Source: Octopus vulgaris (Eukaryota). Taken from it: a stretch of DNA of 64,000 nt. Shown piece by piece: positions 50,367 to 63,709 of this stretch (positions are counted from its first letter, which is position 1; the number at the start of each line of letters is the position of its first letter). The DNA lies in contig OX597826.1 of the NCBI GenBank assembly GCA_951406725.2, positions 46,066,001-46,130,000 on the forward strand. The letters are read 5' to 3'. The notes beneath the pieces were generated by a model. That model saw only the letters and a program-made list of their open reading frames with translations. It was not told where the DNA came from and did no database searches. Both the position numbers and the translations under genes were made by a program.

Positions 50367-50379
50367 TTGGCTACTATCT

Positions 50380-50556
50380 GTAATTCTGTCTTGACTTGAA
50401 TGCAAAAATATGTCGCTCAAGAAGGACTTCACTTTGAACAATTTTCATGTTTCATATTTCGATTCTTTCATTAAATTCATTCAGTTATTAAGCATAAATA
50501 AATCATGGAATTAAATGGTTTTGACTTACTGTCCGGTGACTTTTGGCCAACCCCGT
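50380..50556 (+). mobile_element. 3' end of a Tc1/mariner-superfamily element
   Basis: Encodes a ...VAQEGLHFEQ-like transposase C-terminus and ends GTGACTTTTGGCCAACCCCG|TA. Confidence 0.5.
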
Positions 50557-50564
50557 AAGTGAGC

Positions 50565-50598
<34 letters not shown>

Positions 50599-51131
50599 AA
50601 GAGAGACACACACACACACATATATACCTAATATGTTTTATATACTTGCAATGAAATAATCCTTAATAATTGGATTTATAGGATTTCAACTGCAGAGGAC
50701 TCTACATTACAACTCTTTGTTTTGGTTTACTCTGTGGTTTGTAGCCTAATCCACTAACAGAACTTTTTGTGCATACCACTGGATTAGTTAAATCCATATA
50801 CTATGCCTTATCTCTTATATAAAATCTTGTATAAAATCTCAGTAATGTTTATATGCATTCACTACTGGTTGCATATTCTTGACATTTAGCACACTCCATC
50901 TGCCAAAATTACAACTATCACATAATTCTGAGCCCCTTGAAACAGCTGTTAGACGTGAAATACTGTGCCCCCTCCCCTTAATTTTGTGTATCTTTTGTAT
51001 GCCATACAAATTTGTTCTTTAAATACATAAACATCTATATGTTTATACATGAATGTGCATCTTCAGAACATTTTCAGATTTTGTTTCTTTCTATATACAG
51101 CCCTATATATACTTACACACGATACATATAG

Positions 51132-51164
<33 letters not shown>

Positions 51165-51304
51165 AGTAATTGAATGAATTATCTTGTTAAGGATAATTCG
51201 AAAGATAACCGATACCTGGGTAGCAAATTCACATCAGAAAGAACACGGTTGAAGCTACGTCCCTAGGGCATAGACTACGTATCTTCATGCGGAAATTTGT
51301 ATGT

Positions 51305-51428
51305 TTATTTTAAAATTATATGAAAGAATGGAGTTGAACAACTAGTTAACAAATATCCTTTATATATGTCGAGAATAAAGGATATTTGTTAACTAGTCGT
51401 TCAACTCCATTCTTTCATATAATTTTAA

Positions 51429-51433
<5 letters not shown>
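51305..51433. repeat. Near-perfect inverted repeat, 59-bp arms, 11-nt spacer
   Basis: 51305-51363 versus 51375-51433 with one mismatch; it ends a ~270-bp insert between (TA)n tracts. Confidence 0.95.
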
Positions 51434-51472
<39 letters not shown>

Positions 51473-53024
51473 TTATATGCATATTTTATAAATCAAGCCC
51501 ATGTATGTTTATTTGTTTATTTGCATCATTATCTCCATATTAGTCCGTCTGTATTCCTCTCATAGCCACTCTTTAACCTATGGACTTAGTATATGATGAA
51601 GATTTTGGAGTGTAAGTTCACATCACTTGAGCACTACAACATGTTTTCTATATTGAGTATCTTTGGATCTCACCTGTTGACTCTGTGCGTGTGTGTGTAT
51701 ACATACATATAGATATATGTATGTATACAATTGTTTTTTTTAAATTGAGGTTAGTAATTCTTGATAAAATAGTTAAACTTAAATGTATATAATATTAATG
51801 AAACTGGCATGAGTCTGTGTGCAAGTGTATGTGAGTAAGCATATATGTATGTATCTATGTATGTGTGTGTATATATATATATATACATATATATATATGA
51901 GGAAGGAGAGAGGTGAGTATCTGATTAGCAGTAAAATAGTATAGCAGTGTTAAAAAAAAATTAAAAAATCAGAAATCAATAATTCGGGATCTTCAATTAT
52001 AGATTAAAGATTGATCTAGTGTCATTAATTTATTTTGGACACAAAATAAAAAACAAAACAAAAAAGAAAAAGAAAACATACGTACACACAATACACAACA
52101 TATACACAGACACACACATGCAAATAAAAATTAAAAAAAAAAGAAAGAAAGAAAGACAAGCAGAATCAATCAATAATGGAAGTTGCTTGATGATGGGAAA
52201 TAGAAAAATGTTTAGGTGCCAATAACAAAATAAATTCTAGAGGAACACAATTAAAATTTTGCCAACGCTAGAATGTGATGTTGTGGAAGTAATATGTCTT
52301 GCTGAGCTGTCATTCAATTCCTCACTGGAGACTTTAATTATCTGCCTACATCATGTAACTGAGTTCTAATCTTGGCGAGCGTACGGATGCAGATGAGAAT
52401 AAAATTCAGACTAATTGGTTGCGAGTAAAAACTAATAACTGCGCTATGGAAATCATCACAAGATAATGATAACGGTTAATTAGAGTTTTGCTGTGACTCA
52501 AAAATAAACCTGAACAAGGGAAGTCCAGTGGCTTTGAAGTGCGAGAAATAATGGCCAATTTGTTTGGAGTTGTTCAAGACTAAGGCAGGATCTGGTAATG
52601 ACAGCATCGCCAGAGACAGAGACAGAGGGTATGGTATGTTTGCTACTACTTGCCGATGCCAGACTCTGGCCCTTAGAGTGACTTAAGAGCTCTCTTTCCG
52701 CAGCTCATCTCTGTTCAACTGTTTTGAGTGTTATTGAAAGACAAAATTATTCTCCGCTGGTGAAAGCTGTCACCAGAGAAAGGAATAAAAGACATAAAGC
52801 TAGTCTCTCTCTCTCTCTCTTTTCCGACCGATGCCATCCTACCTACTTCTCCTCCCACTGCAGCTCTGGGGATATGGTGGTGGTGGTGGTAGGGGAGAAG
52901 GGGTGGATGTCAGTGCAAAGACAAGGGAATTAAAGTGATTTACTGACATGTCCTTCGCCTAATAAAAGAATTTTGCTTTAATGAAAAGAAAGAGGAACGG
53001 AATTATAAATGGCAGCACACAAAG

Positions 53025-53060
<36 letters not shown>

Positions 53061-53519
53061 GGAGAGAGAAAGAGAAAGAGAGAGAGAGAGAGAGAAAGAG
53101 AGAGAACTATGATTTTTCATGCTTGAAGTGACATTTATGGCGGGATTATCCTTTCTGCCCCCTCCCCTGGGAGGCAATAGGATGAGGGGCAGGGGTGTTG
53201 ATGGTAGAATGAAGTGGGGGCGGATTTCCTTCTGTCCTGCCATGGTGGCAGTGATGGCGGCGAAGCAAAGAGAAAGGCGTTGGAGTGAGGGGGGAAGAGA
53301 AAGAGGCGAGAGAGAGAGAGGTGCAAAGTCCCGTAAATTGTGAAATATCATCCAAGTCCATTAAAAGAAAGGAAAGCCCCACCCTCCACTCCACCGAAAC
53401 AGAGAAATGATAAATAAAAACAAAACACGAACAATAAGCTAAGGTGGGGAAAAAATGTAAGATATCAAAGAAACAGACAATAATTACGAGAGAAAGATAT
53501 GAAACATCATTGTAAAACA

Positions 53520-53529
53520 TCTAATGATG

Positions 53530-53560
<31 letters not shown>

Positions 53561-53893
53561 CAATCATAACAATAATAATATGAAGAACAATAACAATAAC
53601 AATGGTAATAATGGCAATAATAGTGATAATAACGATTTCTTTTATTATGTTATATTACTTTTTATTTATCATAATAATGTTAATGACGATAGCTTCTGAT
53701 TTAGGCACAAGGCCAGAATAACAACAACAACAACAACTACTACAATAGCAATAACAATGATTTATTTTATTATATCACATTACTTTTTATTTCTAATAAT
53801 AATAATAATAATAAGAAGAAGAAGAAGAAGAAGATGGATGATAATAATAATAAAAATAAAATAATGAGAAGGATGAAACTATTAATAATAATA

Positions 53894-53957
<64 letters not shown>

Positions 53958-53992
53958 TGATAATAATAATAATGATAATAATAATAATAATG

Positions 53993-54026
<34 letters not shown>

Positions 54027-54028
54027 TG

Positions 54029-54059
<31 letters not shown>

Positions 54060-54080
54060 TGATGATGATGATGATGTAAA
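53520..54080. repeat. (AAT)n/(GAT)n/(GAA)n microsatellite complex
   Basis: Direct inspection. Confidence 0.95.
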
Positions 54081-55453
54081 AAGCAAACAAAAAAATAATC
54101 CAAATGAAGAAGAAATTAAGAGAATTGGGCTAATTGTGCCGATGATATTTGACAAACTTTTGAGAGAGAATTTTCTGGCCATAATTCTTGAGTGACATAG
54201 AATTGATGTCACCTTATGGCATATAATAACTGGGATTAATGATATCTATTTAGTTGTAGATTTAGTGAACAAGAATAGTAAAAAAAAAAAAAAAAATAAT
54301 AATAATAATAATTTTAAAAAAAAAGTAGGAGGAGGGAGTGTCTTTAGAAGAGATAAGTAGCCTGGCAATTAAAACAGGTAAATGAAGCTGGAATGTGTAA
54401 TGACAAACCCCTCCAAATGGTGAGGATACTTTCAAAGAGCCCCTTCCTCACAGAGATATTTTTAAAAAGATATTTTACAAAGATATTTTTTCCTTTGTTC
54501 TAATTTTGTAATTTCTTTGGGATTTTTTTTCTCTTGACCCATCCACCCGCCTTGCTGCTGCAGTTACCTACCATTCCATGTTGCCATATATTTCAAAAAA
54601 ACCCATCTTGATGTTCAAAATTAATATACAGAAATTGAAGAAAAAAATGTATAGAAGTGGATTTATTTTTAGTTATGTTTCGGTGAAGGTGCGAAGGTGT
54701 GTGGGTGGTCTGATGGTTAAATTTAGAAGAGTTAGACATGAGGGGCTGTAAGATTGTGGTTTCAATTCTCAGACCAGGCAGTGCTGTGTTCTTGAACAAA
54801 AGCACTTCAGCATCATCATTATTTAATGTCTGTTTTCTATACTGGTATGGGTTGGACAGTTTGACTGGAGCTGTGAAGGCCATGGGCTACACCAGACTTC
54901 ATTATCTGTTCTGGGACGGTTCCTATGGCTCGATGCTCTTCCTAATGCCAACCAGACCACAGATTGTACTGAGTGCTTTTTAAGTGGCACCAGCATATTA
55001 TTTCATATTATTTTACTCTACTCAGTTGGAAATATGTACCAGTAACATCTAGGGGGTTAACTCTACAACGGACTTGCAGTCTGTTGAGAAGGAAGGTAAT
55101 ATTATATTCTCACTTGCCAAGGAAACTGGAAATAAGCTCTGGCATATTGAAGCTGCAGGTATGTAACAGACATAAGACTTTAGATATTGTTACTTACCCC
55201 TAATTCAGGCCTTACCGATCAATCCTTTGATCAAAGGCATTCCAGCCATGACCATTCCATCATTGTTCTGCTGTCAAAAACAGTGCATAAAATCGGCCTT
55301 ATCTGATGTGTACTTCCTTTAACAAGATGTTAGGCTATGATTTGAGAGAAATTCAGCTACTACTTCTAGCAGGTACAGCAACTATGTAGAGATATCATTC
55401 TTGTATTTATTAATTCTTAGGTCAGTCCTGATTCAGCAGTTTCATGATCAAAA

Positions 55454-55697
55454 GCAATGGTTCCCTATCAGTTTTTACTTGTGGACCCTTTTGATTCCTA
55501 TTTTACTCAGATGGACCCTCACGGCAATTTGATGATTAAAAAATCCTATATTTTTATAATTAAATGTTACACGGAATTTTATTTTAAAAATTGTTAAAAT
55601 ATTTTGTGTGTCATAGCAGATTTTATTGTACATAAATTTTAACAGCAAAATTTTAAATGAACTCACAAAGGTCATGTGGACCCCAGTTGAGAACCGA
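55454..55697. mobile_element. Decayed hAT-like MITE
   Basis: CAATGGTTCCCTA...GTGGACCC ... GTGGACCCCAGTTGAGAACC ends resemble CAGTGGTTCTCAA-type termini; TSD not clear. Confidence 0.5.
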
Positions 55698-56981
55698 ACC
55701 ACCGATCAAATGCATTGCTGCCATGACAATCCTGCCTTTTTGCACATCAGCAACTGCATTGCCCTCCCTTCTTTTCTGTCTTCCTTTTTCTTCCCAATTG
55801 ATCAAAGGAACAAAAGCTACTGACAAGACTCTTCTCACACTCCCACATCCACCCTCACTCACGCTCAAGTCACCCTCAGCTCTTTAACTCAACACTATCA
55901 TTCATACTATCTATTGGTATGGAACCCACTTAGTTTCGATCCCCCATCTCTTCCATCCACATCACATGACTTCTCATAACCATTTCAAGAACTATGTATA
56001 ACAGACCACACAATGATAGCACCAGTGTGTATAGTATGCTTTAACTCTCCTCTACTGCCAGTCAACACCCACTCTTCACTCTGACTGTCATTATCATACA
56101 CCTACTTTTCCCCCACACAACATATTCAGGGTCTTCCTCTGTCATTGGCCACATGACCTTGTTTACACATGTCTCAAAACATAGAGTAACCCTATCTATC
56201 TTTCAAAGCCGCTCACTCTGCAAAGAGCTAAACAAACCTGCTGAGATATGAGGTCAAGATGTCTGTTCAGTTGTGCCATGGATATAGCCACCTCTCTAAT
56301 GCTGGTGCTACATAAAAACACACCCAGTACACTCTGTGCACAAGGCTGACAGGATCCTTTAGTCTTCTTGATGACACAACACTTCCCTAGTGCTGGTGTC
56401 ATGATTAAAAGCACCTGGTACATGTTGTAGAGTGGTGTAGAAAACAAATCAAAATTGAAATTCAAAAGCAAGATGCGGTATACTGACCCATTTAAGTGAG
56501 AGGTAATGATCCATTTTGACACCAAATATGTGCTGACTCCAGCTTTAGCATTTATGATGATGTATTTTTATATACCTTTTCATTTTTTATACTTAAGTCA
56601 CTGGACTGTGGCCATGCTGGAGCATTGTCTTAAAAAGGCTTTAATTGAACACATTAATCCTTATTTTTAAGCCTGGTACTTATCCTAAAGGTCTCTTTTG
56701 CTGAACCACTAAGTTACAGGGATGTAAAGAAACTAATGCCAGTTGTCAAGCACTGTGTGTGTGTGTGTAGGAAAATACACACACATGACAGGCTTTCCTA
56801 CAGTTTCCATCTGCCAAATCCACTTACATGGCATTAGTTGGCTTGGGACCAAAGTAGAAGAAACTTATTCAAGGTACTACACAGTGGGACTGAACACAAT
56901 ACCCTGTGGTCACAAAGCAAGCTTCTTAACCACACAGGCAAGTCTGCACTTCTCTGTCTATCTATCTCTCAAGTATATACA

Positions 56982-57036
<55 letters not shown>

Positions 57037-57875
57037 CACACAAATTTATGTAAATGATTAATTAATATTTAGATTTAGGAGAAAAGTATTGATGTAGGTC
57101 TCTGTAAATGGCAGCTATTACAAAATAACTAATGCTGCAGTAAAATGTATAACATTCGTTCAAACCAAAATGAACATCTCAAAAGATTAATGAGAATTAA
57201 AGCGAATGTAGCAGCAGTGCTAATTTGAGCATACAGTCTCAGGGTGAAGAGGGTGAATACTAATTAGAATGCCTGTGGGGGTCAATTAATTAAAGTTAAT
57301 ATATCTTGCTGCATCTAAGCTATTTAGACTGAATTAAATAATCCCTCTAGGGTCATTGCTAATTAGAGGCAATAGGTTTGTAGGATCATTTACGATTAAG
57401 CAAGGTAAAAGTAGAGCGAAAGAGGGGGGACTATCATATTTAATTATTTCACCTTTGTCTTTGAAATGTGAAGCACAGATGATAAAAGTCAAACTAGCAA
57501 TCCCCTGAGTATGTGGAACTGTAGAAGATTAATATTTCTAAAATTAAACGAATGAGATATCAGGCCTCGTTAGAAAGTGTAATTGTTCTCTCAACAATTG
57601 ACAGCAATAATGATGGTACTATCTGAAATAAATTACACCCGATCGTCAGTAGAAGACAATTAATTATTGTGGAAAGTATTCGAGATGTTTGTTTTCTCAA
57701 ACAGGTACAAGGCCAGAGATATTTTGCCAAATGTATTTATATAATGTATATTTATAGTAAGTGAAGAATGGTGTAGATGGCATTGCAATTTCAGACAACA
57801 CCTGGTGCACATAGGTACTGCCTGAGGTAAACACCTGGATTATCAGATCTCTTCTTGCTTGCTATATATATATAT

Positions 57876-57915
<40 letters not shown>

Positions 57916-59899
57916 CTGTTTAACATCCGCTTTCCATGCTAGCATGGGTTGAACGATTTGACAGAGGACTGGCGAACCAAATGGCTGCATCAGGCTCCAA
58001 TCTTGATCTGGCAGAGTTTCTACACCTGGATGCCCTTCCTAATGCCAACCACTCCAAGAGAGTAGTGGGTGCTTTTACGTGTCATCAGCATGAGGGCCAG
58101 TCAGGCAGTACGACCATATATTCTGATTGTTGGGGTGCGTGTATATATATATGCCCTCCTCCTCCTCCTCCTCCTCATAATGATGATGGTTTTTACATCC
58201 ATTTTTCCTTGTTTGCATGAATTGGATGGGATCTACTGAGGCAGACTTTTTACAACAAAATGCCTTTCCTGCCACCAATCCCCAAGTTAAATAATATTTA
58301 TCCCAGCCCAGACATGTTTTCACAGAATACTGGAAATCAATGGCATTGATGTACAACAACCATGTGATGTCAAGATGAGGAAACACAATGGAATTCTTTT
58401 GGTTTCCTTCTAGCAAATCAACTCAGAAGGCTTTAGTCAGTCCAGGACTATATTAGAAGAGACTTGCTCAAGATATCATGCAGTAGGACTGAAGCCCGAA
58501 CCATGAGATTAGAAAGCAATCTTATTAACCATAGAGCTACACCTGTCTGACTCTAGCCAGAATGGAAGATAGATGTTAAATGACGATGATGACAACAATG
58601 ACAATATGTAAACAGAATGCTGTGACACCCAAGCCTTAATTTTCATAAAGGCATTATTCTTATGAACAAAATTTAATGCTTTCAGACAAGAATTGAATTT
58701 AAGTCATAGATGTTATTTACAAGAATTTACCAATTTTCTATGACAAAAGATCACGGAAATAAGAGAGTAAAGATTGTTGGTCTTTAACTGGTAATTGCAA
58801 TGAATATATATACAACAAACTAACAGGAAATGGTAGCTTGTGACTTATCCTGAAGCTGCATAAGGCTTATGAGATTAAAAATTGACAGCTTTTGATATGC
58901 CCATTAATAATTCTTTACATCTTGAAAATTTTCCAAGTCAAAAACCCAGTCCTGTAATGAATGACGTAAGAAGGCATTAGAGTTTCCTCCCTTACATTAG
59001 AGAGGTTCTCTTCCTCCTCCTCATCATTTTAGCATCCGCATTTTTCATGTTCACATGGTTTGAAGTGAGCTTTCTATAGCTGGATGCCATTCCTGTCATC
59101 AACTCTCACTTACTTCTAAGTAAAGTAAGGGTTGGATATGTTTTCACAGAAGACTGGAAATGAAAGATGCTGTTTGCATGACAGTAACACGTTTTACAGC
59201 TATCAGGTGAAGTCAAGGCAAGAAGACAGTAGCACAAATGCACACATATTTTATACACACACACAACATATATCCCCAACTCCATCAGTCATGAATGACC
59301 ATGGGTGCACCTAAGAGGTTCCCCTCTGGGTTACAAGCCTGGGTGGAAAGATGCCTCACAGGTGAACGCACAACCAGGGTTGCTTTTATGGAAGACCAGC
59401 AGCTGCCCATGCATACCGGCCTCCCTCTCCATGCCACCAATGTCATCCAAGGGAAAAGCAAAGGCCGATACAGTTTAGCACCAGTGACATCGCAACTCAT
59501 ATCTACAGCTGAGTGAACTGGAGCAACGTGAAATAAAGTGTCTTGCTCAAGAACACAACACACAGCCCAGTCTGGGAATCAAACTACTGAGCCATGCACC
59601 TTCACACACACACACCCACACACACATATATATGTATATAAATTAAGGAGAGATGGAAAATGGAATATATGATAATCGTTATTGGTCACTACAATCATTT
59701 TGATCCATCTAGCAACTATCCCTCGTGGGTGGGATGCTGTATCCAATGAACAGTGAGGAATTCCTGAGGTAGATATAGTGACATTTATAACAATACTGTA
59801 GATGACTTCAGTTTGCCATAGACAGTGAATGTGTTTTACCAGCAAACTACCAGTGTATACCATTTTCTTAATTAGCTACTAAGTATATATAAGTATATA

Positions 59900-60510
59900 T
59901 CATCATCGTTTAACGTCTGTTTTCTGTGCTAGCACAGGTTGGATGATTCAACCGGGGTCTGGGAAGCCAGGAGGCTGCACCAGGCTCCAGTCTCTTCTGG
60001 CAGTATTTCTACAGCTGGATGCCCTTCCTAACGCCAACCACTCCGTGAGTGTAGTGGGTGCTTTTTACGTGCCACCGGCACAGGTGCCAAGGGAGGCTAG
60101 CAGTGGCCATGATCGGTCGGTGCTTTTTATGTGCCAAAGGCTCAGAAGCCAGAAGAGGCAGCGCTGGCATCAGCCACATTCGGATGGTGCTTTTTACATG
60201 TCACCGGCACAGGTATCACGACTACAATTTCCATTTGATATTTATTTTGATGTTGATGTTGATGCACTTGACTCAATAGGTCTCCTCACACCATCATCAT
60301 TTAACATCTGTTGTCAATGCTGGCATAATAAGTTGAACAGTTTCACCAGGGCTGGTAAGCTGGGGGGCTGCACCAGACTCTAGTCTGATTTGGTATGGTT
60401 TCCATGGCCATATGTCCTTCCTAATGCCAACCTCTCTGAGAGTGTAATGGGTGCTTTTATGTACCACCAGTGTCTACCACAACTACGATTTCACTTGGCT
60501 TAATGGATCT
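59900..60510 (-). mobile_element. Two adjacent family C SINE-like copies
   Basis: CATCATCGTTTAACGTC at about 59900 and CATCATCATTTAACATC at about 60292, each followed by the family C body. Confidence 0.8.
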
Positions 60511-60706
60511 TATGACAGGCTTCTTTAAATTTCCATCTACTAAAGCCACTCACAATGCTTTGACCAACCTGAGGCTGTGTAGAAGACACTTGCCCAAGGT
60601 GCCATGCAGTGAGGCTGAACCTGGAACCATGGGTTTACAAAGCAAACTTCTTAGTACATCACCATGTCTGTGTTTATTATTGCCTTCAAAATGAATGTGA
60701 ACAAAG

Positions 60707-61255
60707 TATTGGGCTGTCCGGAAAGTTTGTGCCGATTTATAGTAGCTTAGCTTTCAACTTATTTTAGAACATGGTTGAGTCCATGAAATAGGATTTGACT
60801 ACACCTCCATTTAAAGCAAAGTTTAAGCTATCTTTTCATGGAAGAAGGTTTATGTTCCTATAACCTGTGTTAATTCTGTAACCCTTTAAAATGGGAAGAT
60901 AAAAAAGTTCATTTTCGGCTCTTGATGCTTTGGGAACCAGACAAAAATTGCTGCAGCTTGGCTGGGATGTGTTACCCCACCCTCTATATTCACCAGATAT
61001 TGTTCCTTCAGATTTCCATTTATTCAGGTCTCTGCAGAATAGTCTTAATGGTAAAAATTTCAAGATACCTTGATGAATTCTTTGCCATAAAACCACCTCA
61101 ATTCTGGTAAGAGGGTGTTTTCAAGTTGAAGGAAAGGAGACGCATTGTGCAACCAAATGGTTCATATTTGGTTGATTAGAAATGTAATGGCAAGTATTTT
61201 ATTGACCTTTTTCTTTCCTTTAAAAATCGGCATGAACTTTCTGGACAACCCAATA
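60707..61255 (+). mobile_element. Internally deleted mariner element with both TIRs and TA TSD
   Basis: TA-TTGGGCTGTCCGGAAAGTTTGTGCCGATTT ... AAATCGGCATGAACTTTCTGGACAACCCAA-TA. Remnant peptide KLLQLGWDVLPHPLYSPDIVPSDFHLFRSLQNSL carries the mariner YSPDLAPSD motif. Confidence 0.92.
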
Positions 61256-63677
61256 AAATAATTTTGGTATCATGTAGTACAGAATTGTTTGATTGAGAGA
61301 GTTTTGTGTGCCTTACAGGAAGATAATAAATAAAAACCAAGTGAAATCATTGATGCTGATGCTGGTGTCATGTAACTGGCACCTGTGTTGGTGGCACATA
61401 AGGGCACCCATTATACTCTTGGAGCGGCTAGTGTCAGGAAGGGCATCCAGCTGTAGATACCATGTCAAATCAGACTGGAACCTGGTGTAGCCCTACAGCA
61501 TACCAGTTTTAGTCAAACCATCTAACCCATGCCAGTATGGAAAGCAGATGCTAAATGCTGACGATGACTACAAAATTTTGCGATTTTTCATATTTAGAAT
61601 TCTTATAAATTTTTTAATATAAAATTTTTTTTAAATCACAAAAAAAAACAATTCTAAAAGACCAATTTTAGAACAGCTGTCAGTTACTTGAAGTAACAGG
61701 TTTGTTATCACTACTAGACGGCATTTAAATGAAGTGACTATAATGATTTACAATCTCCTCTAAGTTGTTTAAATCATTAAGTGTTTTTCTTTAATTACGT
61801 CTTCTGATTAGTAATTTCAGATGTAAAAATGAACTGGCAAAGAAGAATTAGACTGTCCATCATCAAAGTCGCCGTTTAAATTTGATTGAGTAGAATCGTT
61901 TAGACAACGAACGTGAACATATGAACTAGATATTTTCACAGAAACACAGAGCTGGTGATAAAAAGAAAAAGGCCCACTAAAATTAGTATAGGAATGTGTA
62001 TAAAAGATCAAAGATACGCTCATGAAAAGGACAGCACAATATAATTTTAGCACATTGTTTTCTGTTTTTCGACAGTAGTATATGAGTCAATAGCTGTGGA
62101 GAAAGTAATAACTTCACAGTATACTAGGACACTAACAAAACATTATTTCTTGCAAGCAACGACCAGGTAAAATGTACACATATACGAGTTCTTATTTAGA
62201 AATACAGGTTCATAGTGTCTTACTTTCCCTTAGCTCTCAATAAAGATCAAACAAAGACGTCAATCAAAATCGGTTTACGTATTGCTGCATGATTTGTCAA
62301 ACGGACAGGAAATTCCAAGCCTGTGTAATTCCGTGAGTTGGCTAGGAAGAGATCATTTTAACTGAAATTAGAAAGCCGTTGCCTCATATGAATACCAAGG
62401 AAATCAATTGGGTTTGTTTGCAGGAAAATGACTGCAACAAACAATAGACTAGGAAATTGAAAAGGAAAAATTAGCTGAACCTCAGGTCAGAGTTGGCTGG
62501 TTTTCTATAGCTTTTATGCCTTTGTTGTTTTATCTTTTTTAATCCTAGCGTGTTCTAGAGGAAATCCCATACCATGTTAATTCAGAAAATTACAGCCGCC
62601 GAAATCCGAAATAAGTAAATGAAGAATCTTTATATTCTTTGGTAGTGAGGAATCACAACTCCAGCACTAATACGCTTCTGATGGCGGGGCACCAAAAATC
62701 ACACTTGCTACTGGCCATTATGTTAACGGCAAGCAGCAAAGAAGCTATGCCCAGTTATTAGAATGTCCCAATTCTACAGTGACCACAATCAAAACTTCCA
62801 GACAATTCCCCAGAATTTATTGAATCTATTTTGATCCTTTCAAACAATATTCCCAATCTATCTGAGGATACGTCTTTTTTTTTTTTTTTGGTTTATCTTT
62901 CTTTCTTTTTTTCCTTCCTATCCTAATCTTTATTGGCAAATATACAACTTCTATTATGACAGTATAAGTTATCAGTTTTATTGATAAAGATCAATCTCTT
63001 CATAGGATCTTAGAATATTGAAAGGCTCTGGAAATAATAAAATATACATTAAAGAAGTACCAAAAGAATAAATGAAAGGTTAGCCATAAACTAATTGACG
63101 GCATTGGTTTGATTCTTAAAGAAATTAAAAAGGTAATAAAAAAAACAAACACACAAACAAGCAAATAAAATATTACTGACTTTTGCGATCTGTAGAAAAG
63201 CTAAAAGACATTCTATGAAATTATGAAAATGCATCTAAAAGCTTCAAGTTTGGTTTTTCCTTGTAGTTTTGCAGTAAATAAACCAATTGAAAATATTGAT
63301 AAAAAGCTATCAGGATATTCCTTAGTGTTAAAAGTAAAGTATTTTTTTTTTAATATATAACACATGATGGTTATGGCGGGAATGTTTTTGATCATAGGTT
63401 TTTTTTTCCCCCAAACATTATTAACCTAGGGTTAAATAACAATTCTAAAGGAACACTGTTCTATCTCACACACACACGCGTATATATATATATACATACA
63501 TACATATTAAACATAAATATAAGTATATATATAAAACATAAATATAAGTATATGTATATATATATTTTTGTTTTCTTTACTTTATGTATATATTATGTAT
63601 ATATATATTATACATAAATATATGTATATATATATATTTATGTATATATTATACAAAAATATATGTTTATGTGTTTG

Positions 63678-63709
<32 letters not shown>

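Noticed and set aside
51165-51300. Hammerhead-like stem GAATTATC...GATAATTC-GAAA
   Set aside because: No CUGANGA core or stems I and III could be built.
11803-51685. Other minus-strand YAG|GTGAG junctions at about 11808, 35698 and 51673
   Set aside because: They lack a clean pyrimidine tract or have a competing AG, and two lie in old repeats.
60680-60692. Minus-strand FEG codons suggesting the preceding BCAT exon
   Set aside because: The context reads FEGNNK, not FEGLKA, with no splice sites.
62671-62823. ASDGGAP in a short plus-strand frame, resembling the cadherin AxDxGxP motif (octopus protocadherins)
   Set aside because: No following V.V.D.NDN.P or preceding LDRE motif, and the frame is closed by stops; chance match.
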